Assembly (NCBI GenBank): GCA_028534125.1
Contig: CM052818.1
Span: forward strand, 46,874,001-46,938,000
Direction of reading: 5' to 3'
From: Lama glama
Taxonomy: Eukaryota
DNA: 64,000 nt
In this document: positions 12,069-25,202 of the stretch, in pieces
Position numbering within the stretch: the stretch's first letter is position 1
Layout: every line of letters begins with the position of its first letter
Translations under genes and position numbers: made by a program
Notes under the pieces: generated by a model
What the model was told of the DNA's origin: nothing
Databases searched by the model: none
What the model saw: only the letters and a program-made list of their open reading frames with translations

Positions 12069-12893
12069 TGTTACATGTGGCATTGTGCCCCCCGCAGAAG
12101 GTGTTTTGAAATCCTCAGCCTTAGTACCTCAGAGTGTGAGCTGACTTGGAAATAGGGTCTTGGTAGATGTAGTTAAGCTGAGGTCACAGTGGAGTGGGGT
12201 GGGCCCTCAATCCTGTGTGACTAGTGTCCCTAGAAGAGGAGACAGACACAGGGACACGGGGGGTTGGGGGGGACCATGTGGTGATGGGGCAGAGAGTGAA
12301 GGGCTGGAAGGGCTGCAGCTTCTAGCCCAGGAGGGCCGGGGGGCTCAGCTTGGCTGCTCCAACAGTGTACTGCTGACCGGGTGGGTCACCACCAGCAGAG
12401 TCGTGTGTGTCACAGTTCTGGAGGCTGGACGTGTGAGATCAGGGTGCCACCGTGGTCTGGTTCTGCTGAGAGCCCTCTTCCAGGTGGCAGACGGCCGTGT
12501 GCTCGTAGACCCTCACAGGGTGGAGAGAGACCTCGCTAGCTGTCAGGCCCGCTCTTGTAAGGGCACTAACCCCACTCGTGGGGCTCCACCCTTATGACCT
12601 TACTGCCCCTCAAAGTCCCCACCTCCAAATACGTCACCTGGGGATTAGGGCTTCAACATCTGCATTTTGAGGGGACACAAACATTCAGTCCACAATACTA
12701 AGAATTTCTGGGAACCACCAGCAGCTGGAAGAGGCCAGGAAGGACCCTCTAGCGCAGGTTTCGGGGGGGCGTGGCCCTGCTGACGCCTTCATTTTGGACG
12801 TCTGGCCTCCAGAACTGTGAGTGAATCAATCTGCGTGGTTTTAAGCCATCCAGCTGGTGGTGCTCTGTGCAGAACCCCCAGCAAACGACCACA
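12069..12893 (+). mobile_element. MLT1C-like MaLR LTR interrupted by a nested MLT1A-like LTR
   Basis: 5' half 12069-~12335 ('aaatcctcagccttagtacctcagagtgtg...tggaaatagggtct') and 3' half 12698-12893 ('ccaccagcagctggaagaggccaggaagga...ggcctccagaactgtgag...ttttaagccatccag'). Confidence 0.8.
12336..12697 (-). mobile_element. MLT1A/MLT1A0-like MaLR LTR (nested)
   Basis: 'tcacagttctggaggctgga...gagatcagggtgcca...taagggcactaacccc...ggctccacccttatgacc...ggggacacaaacattcagtccacaata'; same family as the copy at 60580-60922. Confidence 0.85.
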
Positions 12894-14619
12894 GTGGTGT
12901 CCACTGGTGCTGCTGAGGCCCGCTCCCGGGCTTGTGCCTCGGCCCAGGGCCCTGCAGGGTGGGTATCGGGCACTTCGCCGCTCACTGCCCACCTCCGAGG
13001 TTGCTCTGACGGGGCAGCAGACCACGTCCTCCTTACCCGAGCGGGGCCATCCTGTTCCGATAGCATGGGGGTTTGGCTTGTCAAAATCTTGGGGGGTTTT
13101 TGCTGGTGGTGTTTTCTGGGAAAAGATATAGGCTTTGGGAAGAGACAATATTATACACAGAAGGAGATATTTTTTAGGTACACAGTGTTAAAATCCCAGT
13201 AGGGGAACGAGTGGGAGTCCCTCCCAGTGGGACCAAGGCCAGAGAGGAGGGGAAGGAGGGCTGCGCCGCCCAAGGTGGGGGCACTGAGGATGCTTCTGCC
13301 TCTCTGTATCCGGTCGAGGGGAAACGCAATGTGCTTTCGGCTTTACGTGGTTAAACTGAGGCCTGTCTAGCTGTTTCTACACATGTCAGGGAGAGCAGAC
13401 AGCTGCGGGGCAGGTTTCAGCTGATCACTGCAACCTGTCATGACCCGGCTTGGCCAACTTTGTGTGAGATGAGGTCGTAGCTGCATCTATTGAAAGTGTT
13501 GAAATGGCTTTCCCATCCCCCACCATATCCTGGCCCCACTTCTCACTCCCAGTCCCTTCTTTTCAGATCCTTCGTGAGCCTGTTTCCCCAGAAAAGGTGG
13601 GGGGAAAAAGTTGCCCTCGCTGAATTCTGATCGAAGGGCTGTCTGTGTCCTGCACACTGAGGACATTGTTCAAGACGGTGCACCTCTGAAAATATTGGTT
13701 CTGTAGTAATGCCAAGATTTCTGAGTTAGCCGTCAACCAGAACTCCTTGTGCAAACCCAGCCTGTCTTCTGACAGGTTCAGTCAGTGTGTGATCCCTCTT
13801 AGAAAATGGTCACAGTGCTGTGGGCATGTCTCCTCTGTGCCCCGCCGGCCACCCGCAGCCACCGGAGTAGGGACCACGGTCCTGGGGCAGAGGTGGGTAG
13901 TTATGACACAAGAAAGGGAGGGGAATTCTCCGACAGGCCGGGAGGTGACACCTCTGTTTCATACTGGAGTGTCTTGAGAGAATATCGCTAACCAAGGATT
14001 AAAAGGAAAAGTACTTCAGTCGCTGGAGGAGACCCACTGTTTACACTTGAACCTTTAATGTTTACATTCTGTGACTCTAATGAATGAAGTCAAGATTTTG
14101 AACCCCGGGTATCCACTGGCACGGGCCGGAAAACCTAATGGCATTTCCTTTGATGTGATCACTTGGGAAACCAATGTTGCGATTCTGAGGTTCTAAGCAA
14201 ACCCTGCAATCTGGTTTTTTTGGTAAAATAATTCTATACAGCTATGTACACTGATAGGTGAAATTTAACCAGGGACGAGGTTATTTTAGCCATTCATTTA
14301 CTTGGGATTAGCAAAGATTATTTTCAAGTTCTAAAAATAAATGAGTGCCAAATTTATGTAAAACTTAGATTAACATTTAAAAAAATTTAAACACGGCCAG
14401 AAATGATTAATAAAATAGGCTGCATCTTGGAAGTAACTGATTTAATAAGCAGAGTATACTAAGGACAGTGATTTGATAGCTTTATCAGATACCTTTCCTT
14501 CTGTCTTTCCTTGCTGCCACTGCCACCCCGCCCCGCCCCCAAGTTGCTTAAAAATGACTGTTTTGAATTCTGGATTTACAGCAAGGAGGAAGTGAATAGA
14601 GAAATACGTAGCCGAAGCA

Positions 14620-14805
14620 GTGGGCCAGGAAGTTGGAGTCTAAGCCTATTGCTTCTCTGCTCCTGACTTACTGTGTGACCTTGGCCAAAGCAATGAACCT
14701 CTGTGGGCCTCAGCAGCTCTGTCTGTGGAAGAGGACTGTGGCTTGCCAGCTGCCATACAGGGGTAAGAGAAATAAAAGGACTTGGAGACATTTGGATGGA
14801 AAGCC
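14620..14805 (+). mobile_element. MIR SINE
   Basis: 'ctgacttactgtgtgaccttggccaaagcaatgaacctctgtgggcctcag' is the MIR core. Confidence 0.7.
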
Positions 14806-16354
14806 ACAGGGGAGTCACAAACAATCCTCGCTTAGTCCCCACGCTTCTGATTTTGGCCCCTTCTCTGGACCGATGTTTGTCATCCGTGGCACCATGTGGA
14901 TTTGGCCTGTTACTCAAAAATACCAAAAGCAAATATTAACTCAAAATAATGCAATTCGAGCAACACTGAGGCCCACTAGCCTGGAGAAAGAAAATATCAC
15001 TGTATTTTAAAACAATGGCACATGGATGCTTCCAGAACCGCTCATAAATTCCCATTTTGTGGCAGCAAGAACGTACTTGAGGGATGAAGGCCGGGGCATC
15101 TCAGGGCAGCTTTCTAATCGTGGCAGATCTGCAGACCGTCCCTGATGGCTAACACTCTTCATGGCTGATAAGGTGCTTGTTAGAGAAATGGGAACTAAAT
15201 TTATAGTCGGTTTTGTGGAGCCAATTTACATGTTGTACTGCCGGAGCTGAAAACTAAAGGAAATGTGCTCGAAGCCAAAATTGGCTTTGTGGCTCCCGTT
15301 TCCTCAGCTCAGCACCACCTGCCTCCAATCAAACTGTCCAATTACAGGAAACAATTGTTTTCTTGCTTTCTGGGAAGTGAAGAAATTCATCCAGTAAAGG
15401 ACCGATTTCTACATGTTTCTCCCCCTGCCTCCCCCTGCCGCCTTTTTTTTTTTTAAAAAAAAAGAAAAAAAGAACAAAAATAAACAACGGATCCAAAACA
15501 TCAACACTGTTTTGGGAGTGAAAGTGTTTCCCTAACAACTTACTTTCAAAGTTCAAAAATCTGAATGACGTGGTCCATGAATGACAGTGTTACTGACCAC
15601 AGACCCCTGATCTGTAATTACCTCCCATAATAACGTTATCAGCCATTCAGAGGAAAGGTTCTCCCTTTTAAGACGGGAGGCAGTAATTAAAGGGTGTGAA
15701 TTTCACAGGTGAAATCTTGCAGAAAGTAGGATTTTTTGAAGTCAAAGATTTGAGTGCTCCACCTCTGGTTAATTAAACTTTCTTCTCAAAATAAAATCTG
15801 GTGTTTGAAACAATGAAATCGGTGGCAATGATCCTATTTATCTCTGAGCCCAAGTCTCATTTCTTTAAATTCTAATTTGACTTGCTAAAGCTTATTTCTC
15901 TGAAATGGTTAAAATAGCAGCAAAGAAGTTGAAGAGAAAATAAAGCGTTGGCCACGTGTAGATAATACTTGGTATGCACTGAGCACAGATGATAATTACA
16001 GCACCTTACTTTGCCTTCTTGGCAGGTAATGTTTTAATGGAACTAACAAACAAACTTCCCTTGACATGTTTCTGTGTCATCTCCTGGATTTTCTTTTTTA
16101 AAATAGAAACAGAAGAGCTCAGCATTTCAGGATTCAGTACAAATACTGACCTCGTGAAACACCACTTAGGGGCACTTTTCCGCATCATTTCTCTGTGAGG
16201 CATTCACACATCTGTCGTTACCTCCCAAAGCTGACATGTACATTGATTTTTGCCACGTTTGGAATCCACTTAATGCTACGTCAAGGGAACCATCCCACTC
16301 TGCTCCATGAGTTCTCCTAGGTATGGACGTTAGTAGCTTCTAAGAAGTACTGTG

Positions 16355-17130
16355 CTCCTCCTCCAGGAAGCCTTCCCTGATCAGATCTGGTAGAGGCCAT
16401 CTCGCTTTCTACCCCTGCTCTAGTCCTATTTCAGCCTCTGTCCCAGGCAGTGGTTTTCACTTCTGCAGCCCTTTGGGAAAGTGAACTCTTGGGGGACCAG
16501 GCTATTTCTCTTCTGTTTGGTAAAAATGAATGAGTAGATGATTTTCCTTCTACTTACTTCTTCCGAGCTCTCTTAGAGAGCTCGTCTCTTCTGTCTCCCC
16601 CAGGTAGTGGTGGGACACCAGGACTCCAGCCTGAGCACCTTTTCTTTTCATTCTTTAGTCTTTCTAGGTGATCTCATGCACCCTCATGACTTCACCTATA
16701 ACCTTTGGCCTGTGTTATCCCTCTGCCCCGATGTGGTCTGGGGTGCGGCGCTAAGCACACAGGCTTCAGATAGAGTCCAACGCCCTGTGACCCCGGGGTT
16801 GGACTGTACACTTCTGGAGTCTCAGTTTTTTTTTTTTTTTTTTATCAAATGGGGGTGTGGAATACCAGCGAGATCAAATCTTTCATCCCGAGAAACCCTT
16901 CCTCCTCAGTCAGCCTCAGCTGGGCTCCGGCATCACAGCCCGAGTCGCTCCCTGCCTGCACGCCCCCTCTCCTCCACACCAGCCTCCCGTGGCTCCGGGC
17001 CACCCTGCTTCTGTACCCGGCAGGGACTGGGGCTTTTCAATCAGAGCCACTGAAAAGTGAGTTTCTCCAGGGCAGGGGCTGAGGGTCAAGTCGGCCCCCA
17101 GGAAATCTTTACTAAATGAATGGATCTGGT
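16355..17130 (+). mobile_element. L2 LINE fragments (with an intervening MIR-like piece)
   Basis: 'ctcctccaggaagccttccctga...aaatgaatga' L2 3' end and 'ctaggtgatctcatgcaccctcatgacttcacctat' L2 internal motif. Confidence 0.55.
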
Positions 17131-18184
17131 CTCAACAATAGATTCTGTGTTCCTTCCCCAGCCGGTGCCCTTTATCCACTAGAAAGAATTTCGGATACTG
17201 AAAATCTACTGCTTCACAGAGATCTGGTGACTCAGGGGATAATTGTGGGCATGGGGGCTTTCCAGCAACCTAGTTAGATGAAACCACACAGCCACCTTCC
17301 CACCCCACGGGGTGACCTATTTCTCAATTCCTGTAGTCTCAGCCTCCCTCACTTCAGAATTCTGATGAGTTCGGGCCGTTTCACGGCTGGTATTTGATGA
17401 GAAAAGGGAATTGAGGTGTCAGGGGTTGATGTGGACCTGGAGAAGCTGATGGGATGTCATCCTGTTCTTTCTGACAGTGGGAACCAGTCTGTGTAAAGGG
17501 GGCTTCCCGTGCCCCCTCCTGGGCCCCCCAGAAGGTCTGTTCTCGCCGGGCGGAATGAGCTGGGAAGGCCGCCCCGACACACAGTGCAGGAGACTGATCG
17601 TCTGGGCGCTCATAGCCTCTCTGGCTGAGCTTCCCAATTAGAATGCAAAATCTCTCACAGTCCTGTTTCCACCCAGATCCTCATTTGGCTGTTTTAGAGC
17701 TGAAGTGAAAACTGACCCCTGCGTCTTGCCTGACTGAGTTCGTCGCCGAGGCATTCGGGTTGGCGGCTGCAGCTGCTCTGGGCCGATGGGCCCACGTCCC
17801 CTCCTCCCACGGCCGCGGGGCCGAGGGGGCAGGCAGGGGGCACCGGGTCTCTGGTGCGCTGTGCTTTCGCTGCCCCCTTAGCAGGAAAGAGAAGTGGAGA
17901 CACCACAGACGGCAGATGGCTTTTCTCCTCCGCTCTGGCCTCAGCTGACTCTTACTCAGCTTAAAGTCCCCTCCTCTGCGTATCCTCTCCTGACCATTCC
18001 CGTGGGCTGCCCCCTGCTCCTTCCCTGGCACCCAGATGCCCCCGCGGGGGGAGCTCCTCAGGTTTTCAGCTCATGGTTCAGCCCCCGTTGCCCGGCGGCC
18101 CTGGAGGGCAGGCTGTGGGGTGAGCTGAGCGGTGTCAGCCAGTGACCGCTCAGTGCAGACTTGTCAGGAAGGAAAGAAACATGC

Positions 18185-18354
18185 CGTGGTGATCAGTCCT
18201 CTGCCTGGTGGACTATTTGAATCCTCTGCAGAGTTTTAAAAAGTAACGCGGGAGCCCTGAGCTGCCCAGGACCCATGGAATCAGGGTCCCCAGGCATCAG
18301 CCTTTAAATAGCCCCCCAGGTGGTTTTTCTGTGCGGCCAGAGAGGAAGGCCACT
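18185..18354. mobile_element. MER5A-like hAT-Charlie element
   Basis: 'gaatcctctgcagagttttaaaaag...ggaatcagg...cccaggcatcagcctttaaatagccccccaggtg...tgtgcggccag...ccactg'. Confidence 0.65.
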
Positions 18355-20039
18355 GGGAACGGGCCTGGATCTGGGCTTCCGTCCTGGGCTTTGGTTTCCT
18401 CACTTGAAAGGGGTGGGGGCTGCCGGCTGAGGTTGCCGGGTTCTGGACGTGGCATGCAGAGTGCCTACGAGAGGATATGAAGTCAGTGACTTCTCGTCTT
18501 GGGGCTGCAAATGCGTGGTGCGCAGCGGGCTCAGCCCACAGGGTTTGGAGTTAGGCAAGGCCTGGTTCGGGCAAGTGACCAAATATTGGAATCTGGGCGG
18601 GCTGCTTGACTTGTCTGCATCTCAGCTGACTCCCCTGGGAAGTGGGTTTCCAAGTATTACTCACATCGCAGGGCTGTGAGGATTAAATGAGCTCACCGCT
18701 CAGGTGGTACAACATGATAATCAGTAGCTATTAGTCACCGTTATTCATAAGGTGAACGCTGGTGATGCTTTTAGAAGGAAAAAGTGAGATAATGACAAGT
18801 GCAAACTGCAGCTCTTCAGACTTCTCTTTCAAAGTGCATCTCTTTAAGGAAAAAGCACGTGCTTCAATTTCTGACCTTCACAGATCAAAGTGTTGATTAG
18901 ACTTTGTCCACTAGGTAATACATCTCTGGAGAGGAAATATATTCTCACTTGCTAATTTCTGTCTACAAGGCAAAAAGGCTTCTTAAACACTTACATTTTC
19001 AGGGCTGTGCACATTAAAGCACTGTCCTTCGTTGTGCTAAGCTTGTCCTCCCTCCCCTGTCATGTGCTCTGACGATCACACTGCTCGTAAGGCTGCTAAA
19101 TTGTGAGGCTAAATTACCAGCCCTGAGTTTCAGCAGCTAGACGTCGGTGACCGCGGGAGAGACTCTGCTTGGGACCGACTACGAGCCAGGAGTCGGAGCT
19201 GGCAACCTGCTGGTTGAATCCCTTGCGGGCCCCGTCCTGGTTTCCCCACCAATGTTAACGGAGGTGAAGAAACCACCATCCAAGTGCGGGCATTTAGCTT
19301 TCCAGTGTGAGGATGAATGGACCCATAGATTCCATGGGTCCATTGAAAAACCAGTTAAATGCTTAAAAACCATGGGGGAAAATTATGAGTGATAACACAA
19401 GGCTTCTCCCCGAGGGCACCCCATTATTTCTGGCACTCCCTAAAGTCCCCTCCCAGACCGGGTCACTGAGGGTCACTGGCAGCTTCCATCCAGGGCTACA
19501 GCCCACGAACGGATGAGCGAGTGTATTACTCCTGTCACTCTTGGCCTGGAGAAGGCCACTGGCCAGGGCAGGGAGCTACCTCCAGGGCTGCCCCAGCTTC
19601 CGGCCTGCAGGGGGCCAGCAGGTGCTGGGTTTCCTGCAGAGACCGATGAGTGGGTGGCTTCTTCCCATGGGTCCTCAGCTCTGAGGCTGGCCAGCTGGCC
19701 AGCATCTCCATATGGGTCTAGTGGGTGGTTCTGCAGGCTCCCCTCCCCTGGGGGAACCCCCCCCTGGAAGATATCATGGGGTCCCCTCTATTCTCCTCCC
19801 AGCCCTCCCACATGAAACACCTCATTACAAACCACCACCTCCTGGGGGTCCATGGATGCGAATGGGCGCTTATGTGTGACTGTAGGGGAGCGTGAAGCAG
19901 GCTGGGTCTTAGCTCCACATGCTGAAAATTCCCCGTTACACGAATAAAATCCAAACCCAGCTCGTCCAGCAACCGGCAAGGATAGCATGACTTGGTCATG
20001 TTTTCCTAGAGAGCCGTTTGGCAATAATGATAGAGTCTT

Positions 20040-20560
20040 CAAAATGTTCACAGCCTTTTCCCCGGCATTTTAACTCCTAGGAATTTATTCTCAGGAACTA
20101 TTTGGATATGTTCATAAAGACCTATGCTCCAGAATTTCATCTTAAAATGTGTCTCCCTAATGTAAGGGTGAAATTGGAAATGAACAACCATAATGTCCAA
20201 AACAGAGGAATAAATAATTCAATCCTGGTGTTTACTTATATATAGTAAAATATTAAACCCATTAAAGGCACACTGAAGAGTAGTTAAGGGTTCAGAAAGA
20301 TGTTTACCCTGTAATGTTAGGTTGAAACTGTTGCGCGTAAAATTGTAGCACAGTGTGAGCCCACGTAAAATCGTATGTACACATGTATGTATATTTAGCT
20401 GTGTGTATATCATAAAACCAGAAGGAAAGCGTCAGGATAGGAACAGAGGCTCTACCTGGGCACTAAGACAATGCAGATCATTTTCTGTTTCTTCTTCATA
20501 GTAATCTGTTTCCCCCTGATTTTCTATAATGAGCACGTATGACCTAAAAATACTTTTAAA
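20040..20560 (+). mobile_element. Old L1 (L1ME-like) 3' region
   Basis: 'aactcctaggaatttattctcaggaa...aattggaaa...aatgtccaaaacagaggaat...' sense L1 3' motifs, heavily diverged. Confidence 0.6.
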
Positions 20561-20799
20561 TGATTCAAGCAACAGGAGGTCACAGAAGCTCATTGAGATA
20601 ATCCTACCCCAGGTCTCCTTTGGGGGCGCTCACCCAGGCCAGGTCCCCCACTTGTGCCCCTCCTCCATCTCTGAGGCCTCAGACTTTCCCAGGGCGACAG
20701 AGAGGCAGCAATGGACCTGTGTGAGCCTGAGCTCCGAGCCCAGGAGAGCCGTCGTCCCTGCGGTGTCCTGGGAGCGCTGGACCGCAGCCGGTGAGAGCG

Positions 20800-20990
20800 C
20801 GGGCTCTGAGTTCCGCCAGGTCTGCACGGGCTCCCAGCTGCACGACTTACACGCATGGACCTCGGGCAGGGATTCCTACGCCTTAGAGCCTTAGTTCCTC
20901 ATCTGTAAAATGGGGACACCGGGACCACCTGCAGCAATGTAAACGACGTGTGACAAGAGCTGAGTGTTGTCCCTGATGTGGAGTAATTGG
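20800..20990 (+). mobile_element. MIR SINE
   Basis: 'gagccttagttcctcatctgtaaaatgggga' MIR core. Confidence 0.7.
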
Positions 20991-22739
20991 TGTGCCTGTG
21001 TGTGTGTGCGTGCGTGTATCTTTTCATCTGATAAATGGATCCAAAATAATTTTCATCATTCATTTCTTAAAGCTTTGAATTAATTTCTACAAGAACAGTG
21101 TTCTGTAGCCTGCTGGACCTCTGCCAGGTGGGGCAAAGACGGGTCACAGAAGGGGCATCGGCCTCTCCAGGTGGACAGAATGTTGTTACCGTCCTCTCCT
21201 CACAGCCGACGTAAGGGGCCAACCCTTGGCATCCTCTGTGTCCGTGCTCCTCGCAGCCGCATGGCTGGACCACGGCCTCCCGTGCTAGGCAAGCTTAGCT
21301 GAGGGGAAAAGTCAGTAAACAGTTGCAAATACAGTCTCATCCCCTCAACAAGGGGCTGAATGAGGGGAGGCTGATGGCACCTACTCCTCGTCCTCCGCCT
21401 CCTCTTCCTCCGCGTCACGGCGACGTAAGGCGCGGATGGAGATGAAGTCCAGGTGTTACCGGGGAGCTCAGAGCCTGGTGTGGCCCACACTCTCCCTTTG
21501 CTTCTGGTTCCCTCTTGGACCCTCGGTGCTCAAGGCTGTTATTTGTACATCTGGCCTCACCCCTTTCTAGAAACCGCTGCTGTGGCTGCGAGGTGAGCTG
21601 GCTGGAAGGGAGGGTCTCATGGGCCAAGGCTGTAATTCCCAGAGACTGAGGCTGTGATGGGGCTCTCAGGCCATCCCGGCTCCAGGCGCACTCCCCACGT
21701 CTCGGGGTGATGCCGGCAAGAATAACAATACAGGAGGCCAAATGAAAATTGTTTTAAAACACACAACCAGGCTTGGTTCGGGGGCGCCAGAGAATTCTTG
21801 ATTTCAGCAGAGTTCTTTTGTGCACTTTTACTTACTATCATCCAATAAAAATGCAACTGTTCATAGCATCATAAAAGTGTAGTTTTAGGAGATGCAGTTG
21901 AGGGGAGCAGGCCACAAGTTTCACCTGATTTGCCAAACTAATTTTAGCTGCTTTTTCCAAAGCCACATCAAACCTTCAAATCTGTGTATTTTCTTTTTCT
22001 TTGTGAAACTTTTACTCTGAATATTTAGCATCAGTTTGAAAAAGTGATGTTTATCTTAAGCCCCTCAAAGTGCCAGAGACCTCTAGGGTATATGCTGTGA
22101 TTCCTTATTTCAAGGAGCTACTAGGAAAGGCAGCAAAAAACAGGATGCCAATGGGAACACATGTGGCCCGCGCCGTGGGTACCGTCAGCGATCAGGAAAC
22201 AGATGATGTTGCCTGCCATGTAGCGAGTGTCTACTCCGGTCCAGGGCCAAGTTCATGGCGTGTAACTTGTGCAGCAGCACGGAGCCCTGAACATGGAAGG
22301 GTCCTGCTCTTGGTTTAATTCCCTGTGTCAGTGTTTTGAAATTCTGAGTAATTGGGAGCCTGGCACTTTGTATTTTTGTTTTGCACCAAAGCTGTTTCCT
22401 TTTCTTTCTGGACACACAGCTCGACTCCCTCCCTCACCCTCCCTGCCATCAGGTATGGCCATATGACTAAGTTTAACCAGAGGGACGTGAATGCCATTTC
22501 ACTCCTGGCCCATTGGAGCCTCCATGCATGATCTTTTTAAAGACACATGTGCACCTGGTTCAAGTGATGCTCAAGAATTCTGAGCCTGGGTGGAGGTCCC
22601 AGTGCCCTGTTACTGCTGGGATCCAACAACAGTGCAGCCGCTCATGGAGTCCACAGGCAGCTTCCAGGAGATGCTCTCAAGGAAGGCAGGCCAGGCTCCT
22701 CCCCTTTGGTAACTGGGGTGTGGCCTCCCAGTGACGCTG

Positions 22740-23230
22740 GAAAGCGTGTTGAAGATGGCGTAGCTGCTGTTGGCCTGGGCCAGGCTCCCTGAGTCACTGC
22801 GTGGAGCAGAACCCTTTGTGCTCCGCCTCCTTGTCTCAACCACTTGGAGCTGCCCCAGACACTCACAGGAACAAGAAATAAACATCTCTGGTGTCGAGAG
22901 GCTCCAGATTCAGGTCTGTGGTTTCTGCAGCTCTGTCTGCTGCCCTGCCTCTTTTTCAGAAGAAGGGAGGCTTTCTCCGAGTCTCCCAGCAGACTCCCTC
23001 CCTCAGCTGACTGGCTAGAATTAAGCCTCACGTGCATCCCTCCACCAGCCCCAGCGAGGGGAGGGGAGTTGCCGTGACTGGCTTGGATAATGACGATTTG
23101 CTCCTAAGGGCCAGCCAGGCATTTGGCTCTGCAAGCCTGTGGCTCTTGACACCTAAACACACCTGGGCTGGGAACAGAGGGGAATGAGAGGGACTTGCCG
23201 CTCGGTAGGCAGCAAACTGTTTGCCATAGG
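22740..23230. mobile_element. Old MLT1-type MaLR LTR fragments
   Basis: 'ggctccctgagtcactgcgtggagcaga...aagaaataaacatctctggtgt' and 'ccagcagactccctccctcagctgactggctagaa...gactggcttgga' resemble old MLT1 subfamilies; boundaries uncertain. Confidence 0.45.
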
Positions 23231-23257
23231 GGAGGGGAAGAAAGGCTGTCGGTTTTG

Positions 23258-23477
23258 TTCCCCAGCTTTACTGAGACATACTTGACATATGGCGTTGTGC
23301 AAGTTTAAGGTCTACAATGCAATGATTTGGTACACATATGTACATATTAGGAAATGATTACCACAAAAGAGTTAGTTAACACATCATCTCCTCATATAAT
23401 TATACATATATATATATATATTTGTAATGAGAACATTAAAATTTACTCTCTTAACAACTTTAAACTATATAATACAT
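23258..23477 (-). mobile_element. L1MA9-like 3' end
   Basis: 'cagctttactgagacatacttgacata...gtttaaggtctacaatg...aaatgattaccacaa...gatgagaacattaaaatttactctcttaacaactt'. Confidence 0.75.
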
Positions 23478-23801
23478 GTTTTGTTGCTGTTTAAACAACA
23501 AATATTTGGTTTTAAGCTTCTGAAGACAGAGAGTGACCATATCTGTTTCTTTCGGAGCAATGAATTATCCTCTGTAAGTTCTTATACATTGGGAGATGAA
23601 AAAATGATACGTTAATCCATTGGTAAAGAGAAATCTTCACTATAACTGTGAAGTTTTTATGCAAATTCAAATGATCCATGTAGATCTTCTACAGTAACTA
23701 CTAGTTTAAACCCTCAGTTTTCCCACCTCAGGTAGACGCAGTGACATACAAAGAAAAAGAATACACAGAGACCTCTGGGAATTGTGAGTAAAATGGCCTG
23801 T

Positions 23802-24097
23802 TACAAATGAACTCAACTATAAAACAGAAAGACATAGAAAGCAAACTTATGGATACCAAAGAGGGAAGGGGGAAAGGGCCAAATTAGGAGTTTGGGATTA
23901 GTAGACACAAAACAGATAAACAAGGATCTACTGTATAGCACAGGAAATTACATTCAATATCTCATAATAGCCTAGCATGAAAAAGAATGTGAAAAAGATT
24001 ATGTGTATGTGTAACTGAATCACTGTGCCATACACCAGACACTAACAGAACACTGTAAATCAACTATACCTCAATGAAAATAAAAATAAACAAATAA
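23802..24097 (+). mobile_element. Artiodactyl-type L1 3' end
   Basis: 'tacaaatgaact...caaacttatggataccaaag...aaacaaggatctactgtatagcacagg...gtaactgaatcactgtgc...aatcaactatacctcaat' followed by an A-rich tail; similar to 62329-62874. Confidence 0.85.
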
Positions 24098-24181
24098 AGT
24101 GAGCTGTTAGGCAAAGAGAGGTTCAAGCAGTGATTGAGCTCCGCTGGAGTCCAAGTTTTTGGACAGACTACTTTCTCTTTT

Positions 24182-24724
24182 CAGTAGAGATTGTCAAAGG
24201 CTGCAAGAAATAGCACATCTGACTATCCGACTGCAGTGGTATAAAGAATAGAGGGTTTATTTTTCCTCACAGACAAGAAGACTGGAGATAAGTGGCTGCT
24301 GGCACTGGTTTAGAGGCTCAGTGTTACTAGGGACAAGCTTCTGCAATTTTCTTGGAGTTCCCCTAATAGTTGCAATATGGCTGCTGCAGCCCCAGCTGTC
24401 ACGTCTGGAGCAGGATGATGTCAGTGGGGCAAGGAGAGACATTTTGAGCTCTACTCATAAAATCCCATTTTATCAAGAAAGCAAAGCTGTAAAGACTCTG
24501 GCTGTGAAGCAGTCTCTGGCTTCGTTCGCAAGCCCAGAACTGGGTGACTCCCCTCTTGCAACCAGGGAGGCTGGGGACTGAGGAGCAGAATTGTCAAGAC
24601 CGCTTAGACCCGTCATTGCCATCACTGGGGCTGGCCGGTGGCTGCTCTGAACCCAATGCGATTCTTCTAGCAAGAAACGAGAGAGAAATGGATATGGACT
24701 AGATAATACACAGCGTATGCCACA
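24182..24724 (-). mobile_element. MLT1J/K-like MaLR LTR
   Basis: 'ggtttatttttcctcacagacaagaagactgga...gttgcaatatggctgctgcagcccca...gcaaccagggaggctgggga...gcttagacc...tgccaca'. Confidence 0.65.
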
Positions 24725-25202
24725 GACGGTCAAGAAGTTTGAAGTGAGGGAAGCGGTTCATAAAAACATGGCGAGTGAGATCTGAACTTCTCCCAGCCAG
24801 GACGAAGTGGTTCTGGGTCTGGAATACTTGGTACAAAGAAAGCCCAATCAAGGTGGAAACCAGAGCAGAGCCTGCATCTGAGCTGATGCGGGTGTCGGAA
24901 CTGAATCCAGCATCCTTCTTGCTGTCAGAGTTTGCCCTGCTCTTATCCAGTCCCTGTAACTTAACTGGGTTGTCACGGAGTCTCTGTGGTAGAGGCCAGT
25001 GAGGGTGGTAAGTCATCGTCCGGTCAACTAGATGGTCAATGAGAAGGACTGGATCTTCCATTTGTGTCCTTTATGCCCAAGTGCAGCGCCTCACATGCTT
25101 CCCCGTGGCCTTCCCTTGTACTTCCTTTGTTCACTCCACTGTCCTGTGTCACAGGGGCAGCTCAGCTCACTTGTCACCCCCACCAGGCATGCGGCTCAAG
25201 AG

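Noticed and set aside
16564..16584. Palindrome CGAGCTCTCT-T-AGAGAGCTCG
   Set aside because: A 10-bp arm is within chance expectation for 64 kb when spacer length is free; it lies in decayed L2-like sequence.
19316..19344. Hairpin AATGGACCCAT-7nt-ATGGGTCCATT
   Set aside because: Too short for a pre-miRNA, lies in MIR-like sequence, plausibly chance.
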